33,057 nucleotides of DNA, taken from the NCBI GenBank assembly GCA_910592345.1, contig CAJVPI010000364.1, positions 1-33,057 on the forward strand. Reading direction: 5' to 3'. This stretch comes from Paraglomus brasilianum. Taxonomy: Eukaryota. Shown here in pieces: positions 11,070 to 23,311 of this stretch. Every line of letters starts with the position of its first letter. The stretch's first letter is position 1. Under the pieces are notes generated by a model. That model was not told the DNA's origin. It did not search any database and worked only from the letters and a program-made list of their open reading frames with translations. The translations under genes and the position numbers were made by a program.

Positions 11070-11158
11070 AACAAATACCAAAACAAATACCAACAAATAC
11101 CAACAAATACACAAACACATACACAAACACATACACATACACACACATACACACACGC
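11070..11158. repeat. CA-rich compound microsatellite downstream of the RGS stop codon
   Basis: ACAAATACC units grading into ACACAT and (CA)n. Confidence 0.8.
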
Positions 11159-11659
11159 AAAAAAGAGGATATTTCAGATATATTCGATTTTTTTTCTATC
11201 ACAAATCACAAACATCAAATTTTCTTCTAATTCCTCTTCACTTGTATAATATCATCAATTCATGCATACTTGTTTATGAAAAAGAAAAAATAGAAGTCTA
11301 ATTTTAGACAACACTTTGCACTATTAATAAGCATCTCTTTATAAAATACCAAATCTATATAAGCATCATTCGAAAATAAGCATAGAAAGTCTCGGGAAAG
11401 ACTTAAACAATGTAACTATTCCAGAAATAAAACAGTGAAACTGTTGATTATTTGTCCATAATAGATCATAAAACTTAACCGACCATTACAAATACAAATA
11501 TTGACAACACTTGGTCTAAAGTCATTGTTGGTAGATAAATAAATACAAGCTCGATGGTCATATGCTGAAAGTAGAAAAGCGTGAGGAGGAGGTGGGAATA
11601 ATAAATCCAAAGATACAAGATGAAAAGATATAAACCTCGTCTTAAAAAGCCACTCTGGT

Positions 11660-14094
11660 TTACCGTCTAAGCTCATAAATCCGAACCTTTTGCTCATTCG
11701 TCACTGTCGCAATACCATCAACCAAGGATACTTTGAATTTTCTGGCGAGCTTTTTAAAGAATCGTCCTTCTTCCTCGACCGATAACGCACGTCTCTTGTA
11801 TCCGAGGTATATTTTTGTATGATTTGAAGTACAAACAGCACACAAAGTCCCAATCAAAACATCAAACAGTTCTATTGCAAAATGGGAATTATGCGTATAG
11901 TGACTCGTGAAATTAGATAAATTCCAATCACGGAAATTCACAAGATTATCTCACCTGGTTCGTATACAACATCAGACGCCAACACAATGTCAAACGTTCC
12001 AAGTTTCTTTGCTTTGTTAACTCTGCCCCATTCAAGCATCACAACCTCGGTTGACACTTTAGCTTCATTAATTAGATACTTGTTCAACAACCGATTTTTA
12101 TTTATCAGCTTTAGAGCATGCTGAAGGTCCGTTAAAACGAAATTGGTTTTTGGAACTTTTGCGGTAGTCTCATGCTGTGCCATCACGCTGCAAAAAGCCG
12201 CTAGATATAGTCCTATTAAACCCGTTCCTGTTGACAAGTCTAGGATTCGTTTACCAAATAAAAATGACCGATCCTTCATGAAACTATCCTTCATAAACTG
12301 CAAAACAATAAATGCCGAATCCCAGACTTTTCCAGAAACTCGTCCATCCCAAACTTCTTGAATTAAAAAAGTTTTCTTGTGTGGAAGTGAAAAGGCTCGA
12401 TAGTTGTTGATAAGGTACGTGTCTGTTATCCAGGAACGTTGACTAGACGCAGAGGTTGAACCAGATGAAGAGGTCGGAGAATCAAACTGGGGACTATCAG
12501 GCGAAGGAGACGAAGGAGAAGAAGAATTTGGTGAATGAGAATCTGGTGAAGAGTTCGATAAAGAATCATCAGTAAAATTGGCTTCATCTCCGAGATCATC
12601 CAGCGGTTCTTGATGATGCGCACAGGATGAATGGTGTTGATAACAATGCCCAATCTCAATGGGTCCCACTAATAATGGTACAATCTTACAATGTTCTATT
12701 CGATTTATACTTTCAAAAGAGTCTTTACCATGTCCATCATTTCTAACCATCTCTGCAACTGGATATATGTGAAGATACCGCCAATTGTTACACTGCCGAT
12801 TATAAAAATCGTCGTTGGTGGTTAATTTTTTAGAAACAACTCTAAATTCTAGTCCTCCTTTGCCTCCATGAATACCTGGCCATTGGATGTTCGTCAGTTC
12901 GCTCCATTCACAGGCCTCTTCACTCAGCGGTCGTACCTCAACGCAAAAGTCGTTATTGTCATTTCCTGATCGGATGTTTAAGACTTCACAGTCAAGACTA
13001 TATCCTTCCACTTTATCCATATCTCCTTTTTTGTAAAGGCCAATTTCGCTCACTAACATCAAATCCATTGTATACCACATGTTGAGATGAATGTAGGGAT
13101 GGATAGGTCTCTTGAGACACAGTCTATAATGAAAGGTCTTTGCTAGTTCGTGATAACTCTTATTATCTTCCACGACCAGTTCGAATGCCTGAGAAAGGTT
13201 GGTATAATCTTCCTTAGCGACCATATCCGAGACTCGACGCAACCGATCAGTCACGCAATGAAGATTAAAGTTGATGGTATCTACTCGAAGACGAGATATG
13301 AGAGGAGCCATATGGCGAAGAAAGGGGGAAAGCAATCCATCGTAATAGAATGGTATTACGTCATTGTTCTGAATTAATGTCTTTATGTGTTCGAGATCTT
13401 TGAGTGCAAGGCCCCATTTCCTTTGTTCTTCATAGGCTAGGCTTCGAAGCCACAGTCCGAGAATGAGACAAAAACTCGCGTCTGTTGTTGTTTTCTGACG
13501 ACATTGAGCCTCGAAACACAATGGGCGAATAATTTCGGTTGAGAGAGACTCGACGCGAGTCCATTTGTGTTCTTGTTGGTAGCACAGAGCGCGTACGAGA
13601 AGCACGTGCGTGTTTGTTGTATGGGCTAGATCACGCATCTTATCATTGACACTATTGTTATTGTTATTGTTATTGTTGTTGTTGTTGGTGGTGGTGGTGG
13701 TGTTGTTGTTGTTAATGTTATTACTAAGATTGACTCTAAGAACGTTTTTGGTAGTGTGTCTATTGTTCTTGTTGTTACTGTCGCTGTTATTACCGGCATT
13801 ATTATCGCTATCAGCATCCTTCTCACTGCTACGATCGCTTCTTTGCTTGTGGTCGTCCTTGTCAGTGCTAAAGCTGTTGCTGCTGTCTCTCTTGTCCTTA
13901 TCACCTTCCCTGCTCTTGCTGCTTCCGTTAACAAAGGTCGAGGCATAATTATCGAGCAACTCGATGGCTTTAGAGTAGGAACCTTTGGCGTACGCCTCGT
14001 AAAGTTCGGCATATACGCTGTTTTGGTATACTTCCCAAGCAGTTCTCCGTCCGCGAAAGCCATGGATATCATGCAATTTTCCGTACGTCGGCAT
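11660..14094 (-). CDS. Protein with a TPR-like N-terminus and a C-terminal family-16 (METTL21/Methyltransf_16-like) SAM-dependent protein methyltransferase domain, ~783 aa
   Basis: Exons 14094-11955 and 11871-11660 (2352 nt, in frame). Methyltransferase motifs: GKVWDSA, KRILDLSTGTGLIGL (motif I variant), VLTDL, LEWG, FDIVLASDVVY (DxxY), IYLGYKRR...E..FF. TPR-like helices: YAKGSYSKAIELL, LVRALCYQQEHKW, WLRSLAYEEQRKWGLALKDL. Confidence 0.85.
13653..13722. repeat. Coding trinucleotide repeats encoding poly-Asn and poly-Thr in the methyltransferase gene
   Basis: (TTG/TTA)n and (GGT)n on the + strand translate as NNNINNNNTTTTTNNNNNNNNNNN on the - strand. Confidence 0.85.
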
Positions 14095-14953
14095 GGTTGA
14101 AGAAATATGGTGCGACTTTTGTGCCCTTTACTTAGAAGGTCTAAGCGTACCAGTAAGTTGTCAAAACTGGAGTGATGCAAACAAAGGAGAGAAAATCGTA
14201 TCTCGATTCATCGGAAGCTCGGTCATTTACCAACTTGTTTACGTCATGTACCAATCGTGGCTAGAGTACCGGGGGTTGATCTGGAAAATTTCCTTTTACA
14301 GTATACTGTGAAAGCTATCATTGTTTGTATTGTCACGTGAATAAAAAAGACAAACGCTGGGGTTTTTTTTATTGACACAAGGATTAAAACACCGCAACTC
14401 GTGCAACGTGAGAGTGATAATATTGTGTCGCACGAATTTCAATAATACAGGTTTTGTTCTAATACTTTGATAGAACCAAGGGAGGTTAGACAATGATGCA
14501 GAACTATACTGGTAAGATGAGTAATCTAACAGAGTGTTAAAAGGTTAGAACAGCCAAAAGAAGCTAAAAGAACATTTTAAAGTTCATTGCATAAATTTAA
14601 GTGATGAGATCAATATATTAATTAATATTGACAGCCATCATATCGAGAGAATAAAGATGCACGTTTATCGTTATAGCTTATTGTATTGCCAAAAAGTGCA
14701 CGTCTTGCGTCAATTATAGAACACCCAAAATCTGGCTTGGCTTGAGCAAAATCGGTCAAACAGAGGGGCAACCAAGTTTGGCAATTTACGAACTGACGAG
14801 TCCAGCTGTTAATTGAAAGATCTCGATTCCATTCCTGGTGTGCGTATCATAATGACCAGTAACTAGTAAACCTTATCATCGCGTTGAGAGAGCAATCGCA
14901 CAAAGTCCTTGTTGTATTACTTGATGGGAAATCAACCATCAGCGACAAACATA

Positions 14954-15619
14954 TTAGTTTCCCACAGACATTGTCCACACGTTGACACTGTTTCCCTCGC
15001 TCTCGTTACAACTACCGATACTTTGCAACTGCCACATGTCGATTCCTTTCCTACTTCTTCGTGTCAATTTAGACTCTTGAAATTGTGGGGATGCTGGCGC
15101 ATTATATACGGAAGCGTTAAACGATTTAGCAGTCTGTTCCAACACCATTTGTCCCCGTTCCATAGCCAAACGATGTGCATCTGATGCAGGTATTATTTCT
15201 GCACGCTTTTTGAGATTGTCGGCGTTGGTCAGTTTAATCTTACGCATAGAAAATCGAGACTTTGGCGGTTGAAACTCTTCTTCACTCGACGAAATAGAAG
15301 ACTGCGAAACAGGTTCACAAGAGGGAAGCAACTTGGGTGTGGCTGGGATAACATCTATAGACCTCTCGAAATCGAGATGAGATGGTTTTTTGAGAGGCCT
15401 GGGAGACTTTGGTGGTTTGATCGTGGGGTCATTTTCCGAAAATGTAGTTCTGGATGGAGGACGTTTACATTTTATATCGTTGTCGATTGCCTGAATTGCA
15501 TTGGTCTGATTTGTCGACTTTCGGCTGGCACCTGTCCTTGATCTCCTCTTGTTTAATTTGGTGTATAACCTAAATCTCTTTGGAGGAGCAAAAATTTCAT
15601 CATCAGAAGATTGGGACAT
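14954..15619 (-). CDS. Hypothetical 221-aa Ser/Lys/Arg-rich, probably nuclear protein (possible SLX4 MLR-like C-terminal motif)
   Basis: Single uninterrupted ATG-started ORF of 666 nt in AT-rich DNA, lying between two other minus-strand genes. It has an NLS-like segment PPKRFR...KRRSR and an internal repeat (SSDDEIFAPPKRFRL / SSEEEFQPPKSRFSM). Confidence 0.7.
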   Translation of the reverse strand: MSQSSDDEIFAPPKRFRLYTKLNKRRSRTGASRKSTNQTNAIQAIDNDIKCKRPPSRTTFSENDPTIKPPKSPRPLKKPSHLDFERSIDVIPATPKLLPSCEPVSQSSISSSEEEFQPPKSRFSMRKIKLTNADNLKKRAEIIPASDAHRLAMERGQMVLEQTAKSFNASVYNAPASPQFQESKLTRRSRKGIDMWQLQSIGSCNESEGNSVNVWTMSVGN

Positions 15620-16101
15620 GTTCCGTCTGTGGGATAGGGTTTAAAAAAGTCGCGTCACTAAATTAGTTATGCAAAATATTTAGTTGATCACGATATACCA
15701 TCAGTTATCTCAGGAGCGGGGAGTGCAAACCATTCAAACTCCGGAAAATTTCGACACTCCCAAGACTTTTTAAATAGGCTGTGCCAGAGCTTTGACGTTG
15801 GGAAGATCTTTTCGGGTTCGAAATTATGAGAAAGTTACACGAAATAATACGCACGGGAGCAACTATTTATCCAAAAGCATTTGCATAGACTCATTTGAGA
15901 ATCAGATTATCGTGTCATACGAAGAATGATGATATTGGTGAAAATCCAGTCTTGAAGGAATGGATCTGGGAGTCAGAACGTTCTCGATCTTCAGAATTGG
16001 ATATCGTCTACACGCTCGTGATTGTTTATTTCCTTTTCCTTATCGACTTGTCGCACTGTTTCGTAAAGTATTATCTATGACCTTAGCTAATCCGTCAAGT
16101 C

Positions 16102-19100
16102 TCAGTCTAATTTTACATTCTTGTATATAGATTTTACAAATTTGTTTGCCGCAAAGTAACCAACAGAACCTGAGATCGATTGAAATAAACACGATACTTG
16201 AGAAAACATCAAATGTAATTTTTTAGACACGAGTATTTTAGTCTGATACATACCCAATACTGTAAATAGTCCAAAACAAATTATTGCCGTGTTTCCAAAA
16301 TAAAATGATGTTTGGAATAATCCATACATTCTGGAAAGTATTATAAAGTTAGTTTGGACTAACTCAACAGAAACTGCCCGTTGCTTGCAAACTTACTTTG
16401 TTCGATACATATAATAGTATACGGCATAAAAATAAACATAGACAGAAGTTGATCCGCACGTCAGGAAACTGATCCAATGCCTACAAACCATTGAAAACAA
16501 GTCGGTTATGGACGTGAATTTACCGTTGAAAACTAAAAAGAGGACGACTTACCATCTATGATCTTCGGAATTGAGCAAAACGTATATGCTAAATACAGCG
16601 ACACATGCTGTAACGACTAAAAGAATGATGAAAATAACCAGGAGGAATCCATACACGTAATAAACTTTGTATGCCCAAAACGAGGAGAATATAAAATATA
16701 TCTCAATGAAAATTGAGATAAATGGCAGTAAACCACCGAGTGCTATGATAACAATCGGTTCGGCATGCCTGCAAAAAAGACATTGGTCAGTCGTGTTTCA
16801 ATTATAAACGTTCAAATATAGCCAGCATTAAATTTCATCAATCATAAATACCAGGCTTTATCAGGGATAGTTCGTGGTATTGGATTCACCCGACAAGGAA
16901 AGTCCGGTTGGACGCCCCAACTACTCGCTAGAACGGCACCAAGCATGGTTAACGGGATCACTAAGAACAACCATATGGCTAGCATCGCCAACTATAATCA
17001 TATGATAGGGTGAGGACACGGAAAAGAAAAAATATAAATGCCCAAGGCAGAAAAATAGTTTGAGACTTACGATAACCAGGAATGGAATAGCTCTTGAACT
17101 AGAATAGTATACTGCTATTATATTAATGAACAAAGTAACAGCACTCGCGAAACCTGGACATAATGTCGCTGTAAGTAGAACAGCCTTAAACGTGTCACGT
17201 CCTTGTAAATACAAAAAATTATCAATCTTAAAAAACAGACAAATAATAAACACAAAATTTCACGTTCTGCAGTTGGTTTCCATATACCTCCATAAATACT
17301 GTATGTTCGCGTAGTCGTAAAGCCAGCAATAACCGATGTCAAGGCATACAGGAAAATTGCTGCTGTCAATATAGTATCACGCCTATCAAATTAGAAAAAA
17401 AAGTTACATTCGTCTCTCATTAATATGTTTAAAGTTTACTATTCTCTCAAAGTCTACTCACTCTGCATAAAGCTCGCCAATAATTATGTACAAAATCAAC
17501 ACCAACATAAGCCATATTAGTTGATGACCAGTTCCAACCAATGCAGAAAACAACAATAGTCGCGGTGGTGAACGGAATATGTCACCGTGAACTTGCTTCC
17601 ATCCATATTCATCGCCAAAATCACGATCCTATTATTCAGGTAGAAAATAACGAGTGTGAAGCGCGAGAATAGACGAGAGATGGAAAACTTATGAAACAAG
17701 TAATAACGTACCAGATCGTCAAAACTTTCCATTCTGTCATATCGGGCAAAGTCGCGTTTGAGCATCCGGACTAGCAAAAAACCAACAGCACCAGTTAAAA
17801 CAATTACTATCATAAGAGAATTCCATATGGAGAACCAATGAACCTATATCAATTATACTAATCGTATTAGTAAATATTCAGGAAAAATGCTTTCCAATAT
17901 GACACAATCTTACCCTATGTTCAAAGAATTCCGCGTCCAAATACTTGTCGAATCGATCCTCAAACCTGGCATTAGTATCAACCCATTTAACTGAATATGA
18001 TAAGTGTAAACGCATTCTATCAGATTCCAAAGGCAATCTGACAGGGTTTCCACTCGTGTTGTTAACCTCAATTATCTACCATAGTCGCCGAATCGTCAGC
18101 AAGATATTTTAAGCAATCACGACCGGTGATAAATTGCATTTTTAGAATAGCTCACCTTGTCGCCATTATAGCTTATGACAAAGCTGCTATGAGAGTATAA
18201 ATAAGCATCTGTTGTATTGCGGTCCTCTATTCCAACGAATCCTTTAGAATAAATTAGAGAGTTCGTAAGACACAGGATAACGTGTAAGTGTGAAAAAGAC
18301 TTGTAGTAAAGTTCTATTACCCCAAATCGGCAAGTCATCTGCATTAGAGGGAGCAATCACATAAATTTGTTATTGTTGTTGCTACGATACGATAGACCCC
18401 GCCAAAATAATAATAATATGTATAAAGACATGGCAAGCCAAGTCAATCGCTCATACCAAGGAACATCTGATACCAATAATTGTTCGTTATTGCATAACGA
18501 AAGGAGCGTATATCTTTAGCAGTAAGCAAGACATCACATATTGTGGCATTTTCTTCATCGACTAGTCAAAATATCGAAAAATCACATTGAGTTTTATTAA
18601 ATTATTAGATCACACCTCAGCACATAGCTATATTACTGTATTTAATAATACTTCTATGTTACGAATCAAATCAATGGCCAATTCGGTTAATTCAACGAGA
18701 TCTATTCGACATACCAAGAAACTTCATCCCAATTCCCGAGTTTACCAATTCCATTCCTAATAATGCCTCTCCCAAAGTCTCATGGTGGTGTTCCACGACT
18801 TGCTTGCCACGACAATATGGTAATTGATAGTATTCATATGTCTCTTGTCTATTTGATAGAGGCCCGACTGTGTTCATCCATATTATTACAGCTTCTCCTT
18901 TTTGGTACTATGTCACGTCATAACAAAAGAAGGAACAAGAATTCCTTCATTCTGAGTTAGTCCGATAATGAAAAGAAAGCAATAACTACTCAGATACCAG
19001 AAGAAATGCTGTTTATGCCGAAGCGGTATCTACTAACAGACAGAATGTGCTTACTTTGTGCGTATGCTCATCTGCCGCAGTCGGTAACAATACGATTGCG

Positions 19101-19132
19101 ACAAGGAAGAGCGAAAGAAATAAAAGGGTCAT
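16102..19132 (-). CDS. TM9SF3: Transmembrane 9 superfamily (EMP70/nonaspanin) protein, TM9SF3-type, ~583 aa
   Basis: 15 exons: 19132-19055, 18907-18715, 18561-18457, 18338-18321, 18241-18156, 18075-17914, 17843-17712, 17628-17462, 17382-17288, 17201-17071, 16991-16852, 16768-16553, 16480-16397, 16330-16254, 16169-16102 (1752 nt, in frame). Signal peptide followed by ADEHTHKY...WMNTVGP..NRQETY.Y..LP.C...[47 protein letters not shown]-terminal IYKNVKLD with the KxD motif. Confidence 0.93.
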
Positions 19133-20370
19133 GGCTTGATCGAATATAAAGTTAAGGAGAGTAGAAAATGTCTGTCATAATGCTGTTGACTTTTAAACCA
19201 CGTGACATATGCATTTCGAAATTTGTGAACTACAAAAAAACTTGAATCGACATGCTTTACTTGTATGTCATCGATGCATATTGATAGATAGATACATTGA
19301 GAATGTTCGGTGAGATAATTCTTACATGTGTGTAGAAACTAGCCTTATCGGTAACGATGAGTCATAAGTCTACTCTTGCTAACTGAATACTCAGTGACGA
19401 GGAACTTTTAGCTACAATGTTCAAGTGTAAAGAAACTATCGAGAGGGCTTCTTTTTTTAATCAACAATATTAATATTAATATTATTATAATAATAGTTAA
19501 TATCAGTAACGTGATTTGACGTTATGTCCGTGTAACTTAATTCCTAATACAGTAAAATTCATTACAGTTTCGAGAGCCAAATGGTAAATATCTTGATCAC
19601 ATTTGTTCTTCTTAAATATGTTGGAATATAATCGAGAAGCTAAAACGGTATGGAGGTGAATAATTTGTCGCTCACAAAGTGTTTCTGATAAAAAGATCAA
19701 AGTATAGTATGTGGGGGGGATGCAAGTTTTCGCATTAGCGTCATACAGCCCTCATTTAAGCCAAAGACACGTATCCTGATTATTCGATTAAGAACTCAGA
19801 ACACTGGATATACCATTTCCCCGATAATTCCTAAAACATAGTGCTTTTGTATAATAAAAGTCTTTGGTCATTTTATATATTCAACGGTCATAGCAGGCAT
19901 ACCATAAATAAAGAATGATTATAATAATATTAGCCGATTAGGTGAAGATGAACAACAGATCATTAAAGACATCTCGAATGAGGACATAAAACGAGCACTT
20001 GGCCGTTGAATGTTTCAATATCGTAATAGAGTTGTAAGAGAGTGATATTTCCGTCAGACCTCGAAAGATCATTATCTGTAATACCGCAATCAGCGTCACA
20101 CTATAAACAACAGCCTCGTCATGGAATAAAAGGCTGTTAACTTCATTCTTGTTACTGAATTGTCATTTCATACATACAAGATATCATAAGTTGGAAGGTA
20201 GAGCTCAACTGCAGTCGGTATGGAGGTAAATTTACAATAATTGGTAACCTATGCACTGTGTCACATTCTAGAAGGTCGCGTTTTGTTTAACACGCTCAAG
20301 AATCTGCTTTATGCCGTTCCCCTTTCTCTGGTGAATCTCGAGGAGATGTCGTTGGGTATTATCCCTTAAA

Positions 20371-21190
20371 CCGTTAAGCGGGCAAATATTGCCCGCTTAA
20401 ATTATTTTTATGTAATTGTTCGTGATTTGCCTAACCCATTTTCCTAAGCCAAAATGAAAGTGTACTACCACGCGGATTATCCTATGATTCAATAATAATC
20501 TCAATTTCCACTCTACAAAAATACAGTTGAAAAGTATGTCGTCTCCTCTTGAAACCACAGAAGAATATGTTGATAGCGTGAATGCGTATGTATCATATTT
20601 GACATCTCGCCGACATTCTGTAGACAATCCGGATGAGAAGAAGAAGACATTGAGAGTATTTATAAGACTAGATACAGACTCCTAAGTTTGAACAACTCAT
20701 TCATTCAAGGTCACTGCATCAGCTCTTTATTAATTTGTCACCACATTATGAAGTCAATCAAATCAAAGTCAGTTTTGGTGCGTAATGTGTAATGGTACCG
20801 CTTTGCTATAATAGCAATCAGAACTATTTAATAAGGAATAAATTTTCTTGCTAGCATTTATCTAATTAATTAACACAACTATCCTAATTGCATAAATTTC
20901 ACTATGGATATGTCCCCATATTATATAGTACGTTTGCTTCGTTTTATTAGAAATAAATTACGTGGGTGGTTTGAAAAGTTTGGTGATTCGAGATACCTCG
21001 CGGCCGAAGCATGGTAAATTTCATGTTTCGAAGTTTTGTCCTTCGTTTGGGTCGTATGACGGATGCCATAAGTGGGTTTAATTTTAGCATAAGTTTGACT
21101 GTTCCAGTAAATTTGAGCTAAGAATAGTATGTAAAATTTTCCCGGGATCAAATTTTCTCCGCGGGCAAATCTGCCCGCTTGAATGTACGG
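20371..21190. mobile_element. Probable non-autonomous DNA transposon (MITE-like) with degenerate, internally palindromic terminal inverted repeats
   Basis: Left end CCGTTAAGCGGGCAAATATTGCCCGCTTAA (perfect 12-bp hairpin at 20374-20400). The right end reverse-complements to TA|CCGTACATTCAAGCGGGCAGATTTGCCCGC (21161-21192). A CCGTA terminus with a TA flank is Tc1/pogo-like. No transposase inside. Confidence 0.5.
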
Positions 21191-21361
21191 TAATCGATCG
21201 TTTAATATGAATCGAGGCATTACACAAGCTCCATTCAGATCAACGGAAGGATAACTTCCGTTATTAGTTCATTACTATTGATTATTATATTGATGCGCTT
21301 TATAAGCAGAAAATAATTCTTCAATTATACTTTTCCTGATTACATTAGTATTTTTTTGTTC

Positions 21362-21959
21362 TTAAAACCCGAAGAATAAGACAACGGCAATGCTACTCAT
21401 GATGGTGAACAATGGTGGTGACGAAAGTGACGACTCACTGTCCTGTGGTGGTTCAGTACCGACAGGCTTAATACTAAACGTCTCACTCTCGGCCAAGGCT
21501 TCATAACCATGATACGGTATATCCCCGTTTAAAATGACTGCTGGGTAGGCCTTGACTACCCAATTACCGCTGATGACATCCCAATTGGATGGTATCTTCC
21601 AGTCATATTTCTCAGACGCAATTGGAACAGAAAAGGCTGAGGGCTGTGTAGTCTCGAACGAGGTGTTTCCGTTGCGTTGCTTCAATCCTAGCCAGAGGCT
21701 AATATTTGTTGGGACTGGACGAGATGAAGAATTGGCGCGAATCAGACAATGTATTATTCAAAGAAATCTATATGTTATCATTGTAACAACTGTTGGGCGG
21801 AAAGATCGCTTTCTTACCGTTACCAGAGTATGTCCATGTTATAGAAGCAGTCTTATTAGCTACAGCATAGTATCGAGAATTAGGTGTGATGAACACAATA
21901 TTGGCTACAGCAGAAACGGCTAATACAACAAGAAAGAATGCAAGAGAGCCGGGCCGCAT
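21362..21959 (-). CDS. Small secreted, probably GPI-anchored protein (Kre9/Knh1-N-like Ig-fold family), ~164 aa
   Basis: Exons 21959-21818 and 21714-21362 (495 nt, in frame). Signal peptide MRPGSLAFFLVVLAVSAVA, then IVFITP...ASITWT...PTNISLWL...YDWKIPS...AESETFSI, a Ser-rich linker and a hydrophobic C-terminal tail (LFTIMSSIAVVLFFGF*). Confidence 0.8.
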
Positions 21960-23288
21960 TGTGTTATTCGACGAGAATTCGTGTTCCCACTTAGTTTCTA
22001 CTCCCAAGGTTTATCGAGCACCATTATATATGCTGTATGAGGCTGGTTGGTGTGGCTGGTACACATGTCCGATCCGATAATACGTTTAACCATTAACGAC
22101 AATTACTATCAAAAAGATTAAAATCGATACTTCTTTAATTACTTGCAACCAATCGTATTGATGAAGAGCAAACTTTATTATTTTCAGCGTGAAGAATTAA
22201 TATTTAAGGAGTGTATGTAAACAGGAGTATTTTGTGCAATGTAAAAAATGCTTCTGTGTGATTGGGAGTAGCGTATTAGAAAATTTAGTTGCGCTAACAC
22301 TGACGCCCCAGTCAAGCGGTCATAAAACACTATAAAAATAAAAGCGAAATACATACAGTACATTTTTCCGTCGTCCTCTGAATTGTGAGCGAGGGAAGCC
22401 AAAAGAACAAGTGAGAGAAATTGAAACATGGGCAAGTGTAATTAATGGTTCCCAAGAAAAGAATATAAACAAGGGAAGAGTTGATATAAGCTATAAATTT
22501 GTTCTGCTTCATAAATAAAATAAGCAAATAAACCTCTGCACCGCTATTACTTCTTTCCCTTTTGTCTCTCATTTTCTTCTTTTCGCTCTCTTTTTCGATC
22601 TTTCCGCTTATAAATCGGGCCTCTTCCGGAGATGCTGAGAATGTAATACATATTAGTAATGGCATTGATGCAGGAATCCAATAATAATTGTCGTAATTAA
22701 AAACGTAATAAGTGAATTGTTGGCTTTGTTGTCAAATTGAATGACATATTCGACAGTAAAGCGCATTGATTAAACATCGGCTGTCTTCATGATTTTTCGG
22801 TACGGTTATTAAACTCGTCAATAGAGAAATTAATACAAGAATAAACGTGATTGTATTTTAAAACTTCTCATTTTCAACTGTGATATGTGTACGTCTAAAT
22901 ATCCCACAACCATGTTAAAAACATCTAACAATATTAATTGACATAATGTTTTACCAATTGAGTGTTCACAATGTCTAATAGTTGAGACAAATTTCTTGAT
23001 ACTTATACATTTCAAAGATAGTCTGCGAATATATATTTTTTAAATGACTTTTATGAGCAAACTTTAGTTCAACTTTACGAGGTTAAACTTATGGCAGTTT
23101 GCTATCGTTCAACTTAATATTAATACTGGTTACCAATCAATGGCTATGTCCACCTAAAGTATATAATATCCAACGCCTAAAATAATAAGATTTGCCTGCT
23201 TCACGTTCTTTGGTCTCGAAACCATCAATTTCGATATTCCGCTTTTTTATATTATAAACCGTATTTTCGTTACTCCAACTAAGCTTTT

Positions 23289-23311
23289 TATATATATATA
23301 TATATAAATAT
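23289..23311. repeat. (TA)n microsatellite
   Basis: tatatatatatatatataaatat. Confidence 0.8.

Noticed and set aside
10878..11249. Cys/Val- or Thr/His-rich ORFs
   Set aside because: They are translations of the CA-rich microsatellite behind the RGS stop codon.
13610..14180. Overlapping ORFs (13610-13948 +, 13756-14100 +, 13626-14180 -), two of them very hydrophobic
   Set aside because: They are antisense or alternative-frame shadows of the Asn/Thr/Asp/Ser low-complexity region of the methyltransferase gene.
15810..15825. GGGTTCGAA (and AGGTTCAAGT at the window end, 33048-33057) as tRNA T-loops
   Set aside because: No T-stem, D-arm or acceptor stem can be built around either.
15925..16010. 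ATGATGA box C-like motif with a weak hairpin
   Set aside because: No box D (CTGA) at a suitable distance, and the pairing is modest and on the strand opposite the flanking genes.
22184..23015. Short minus-strand ORFs with hydrophobic stretches
   Set aside because: Their composition reflects A/T-rich low-complexity DNA, and I could not build a coherent gene model.
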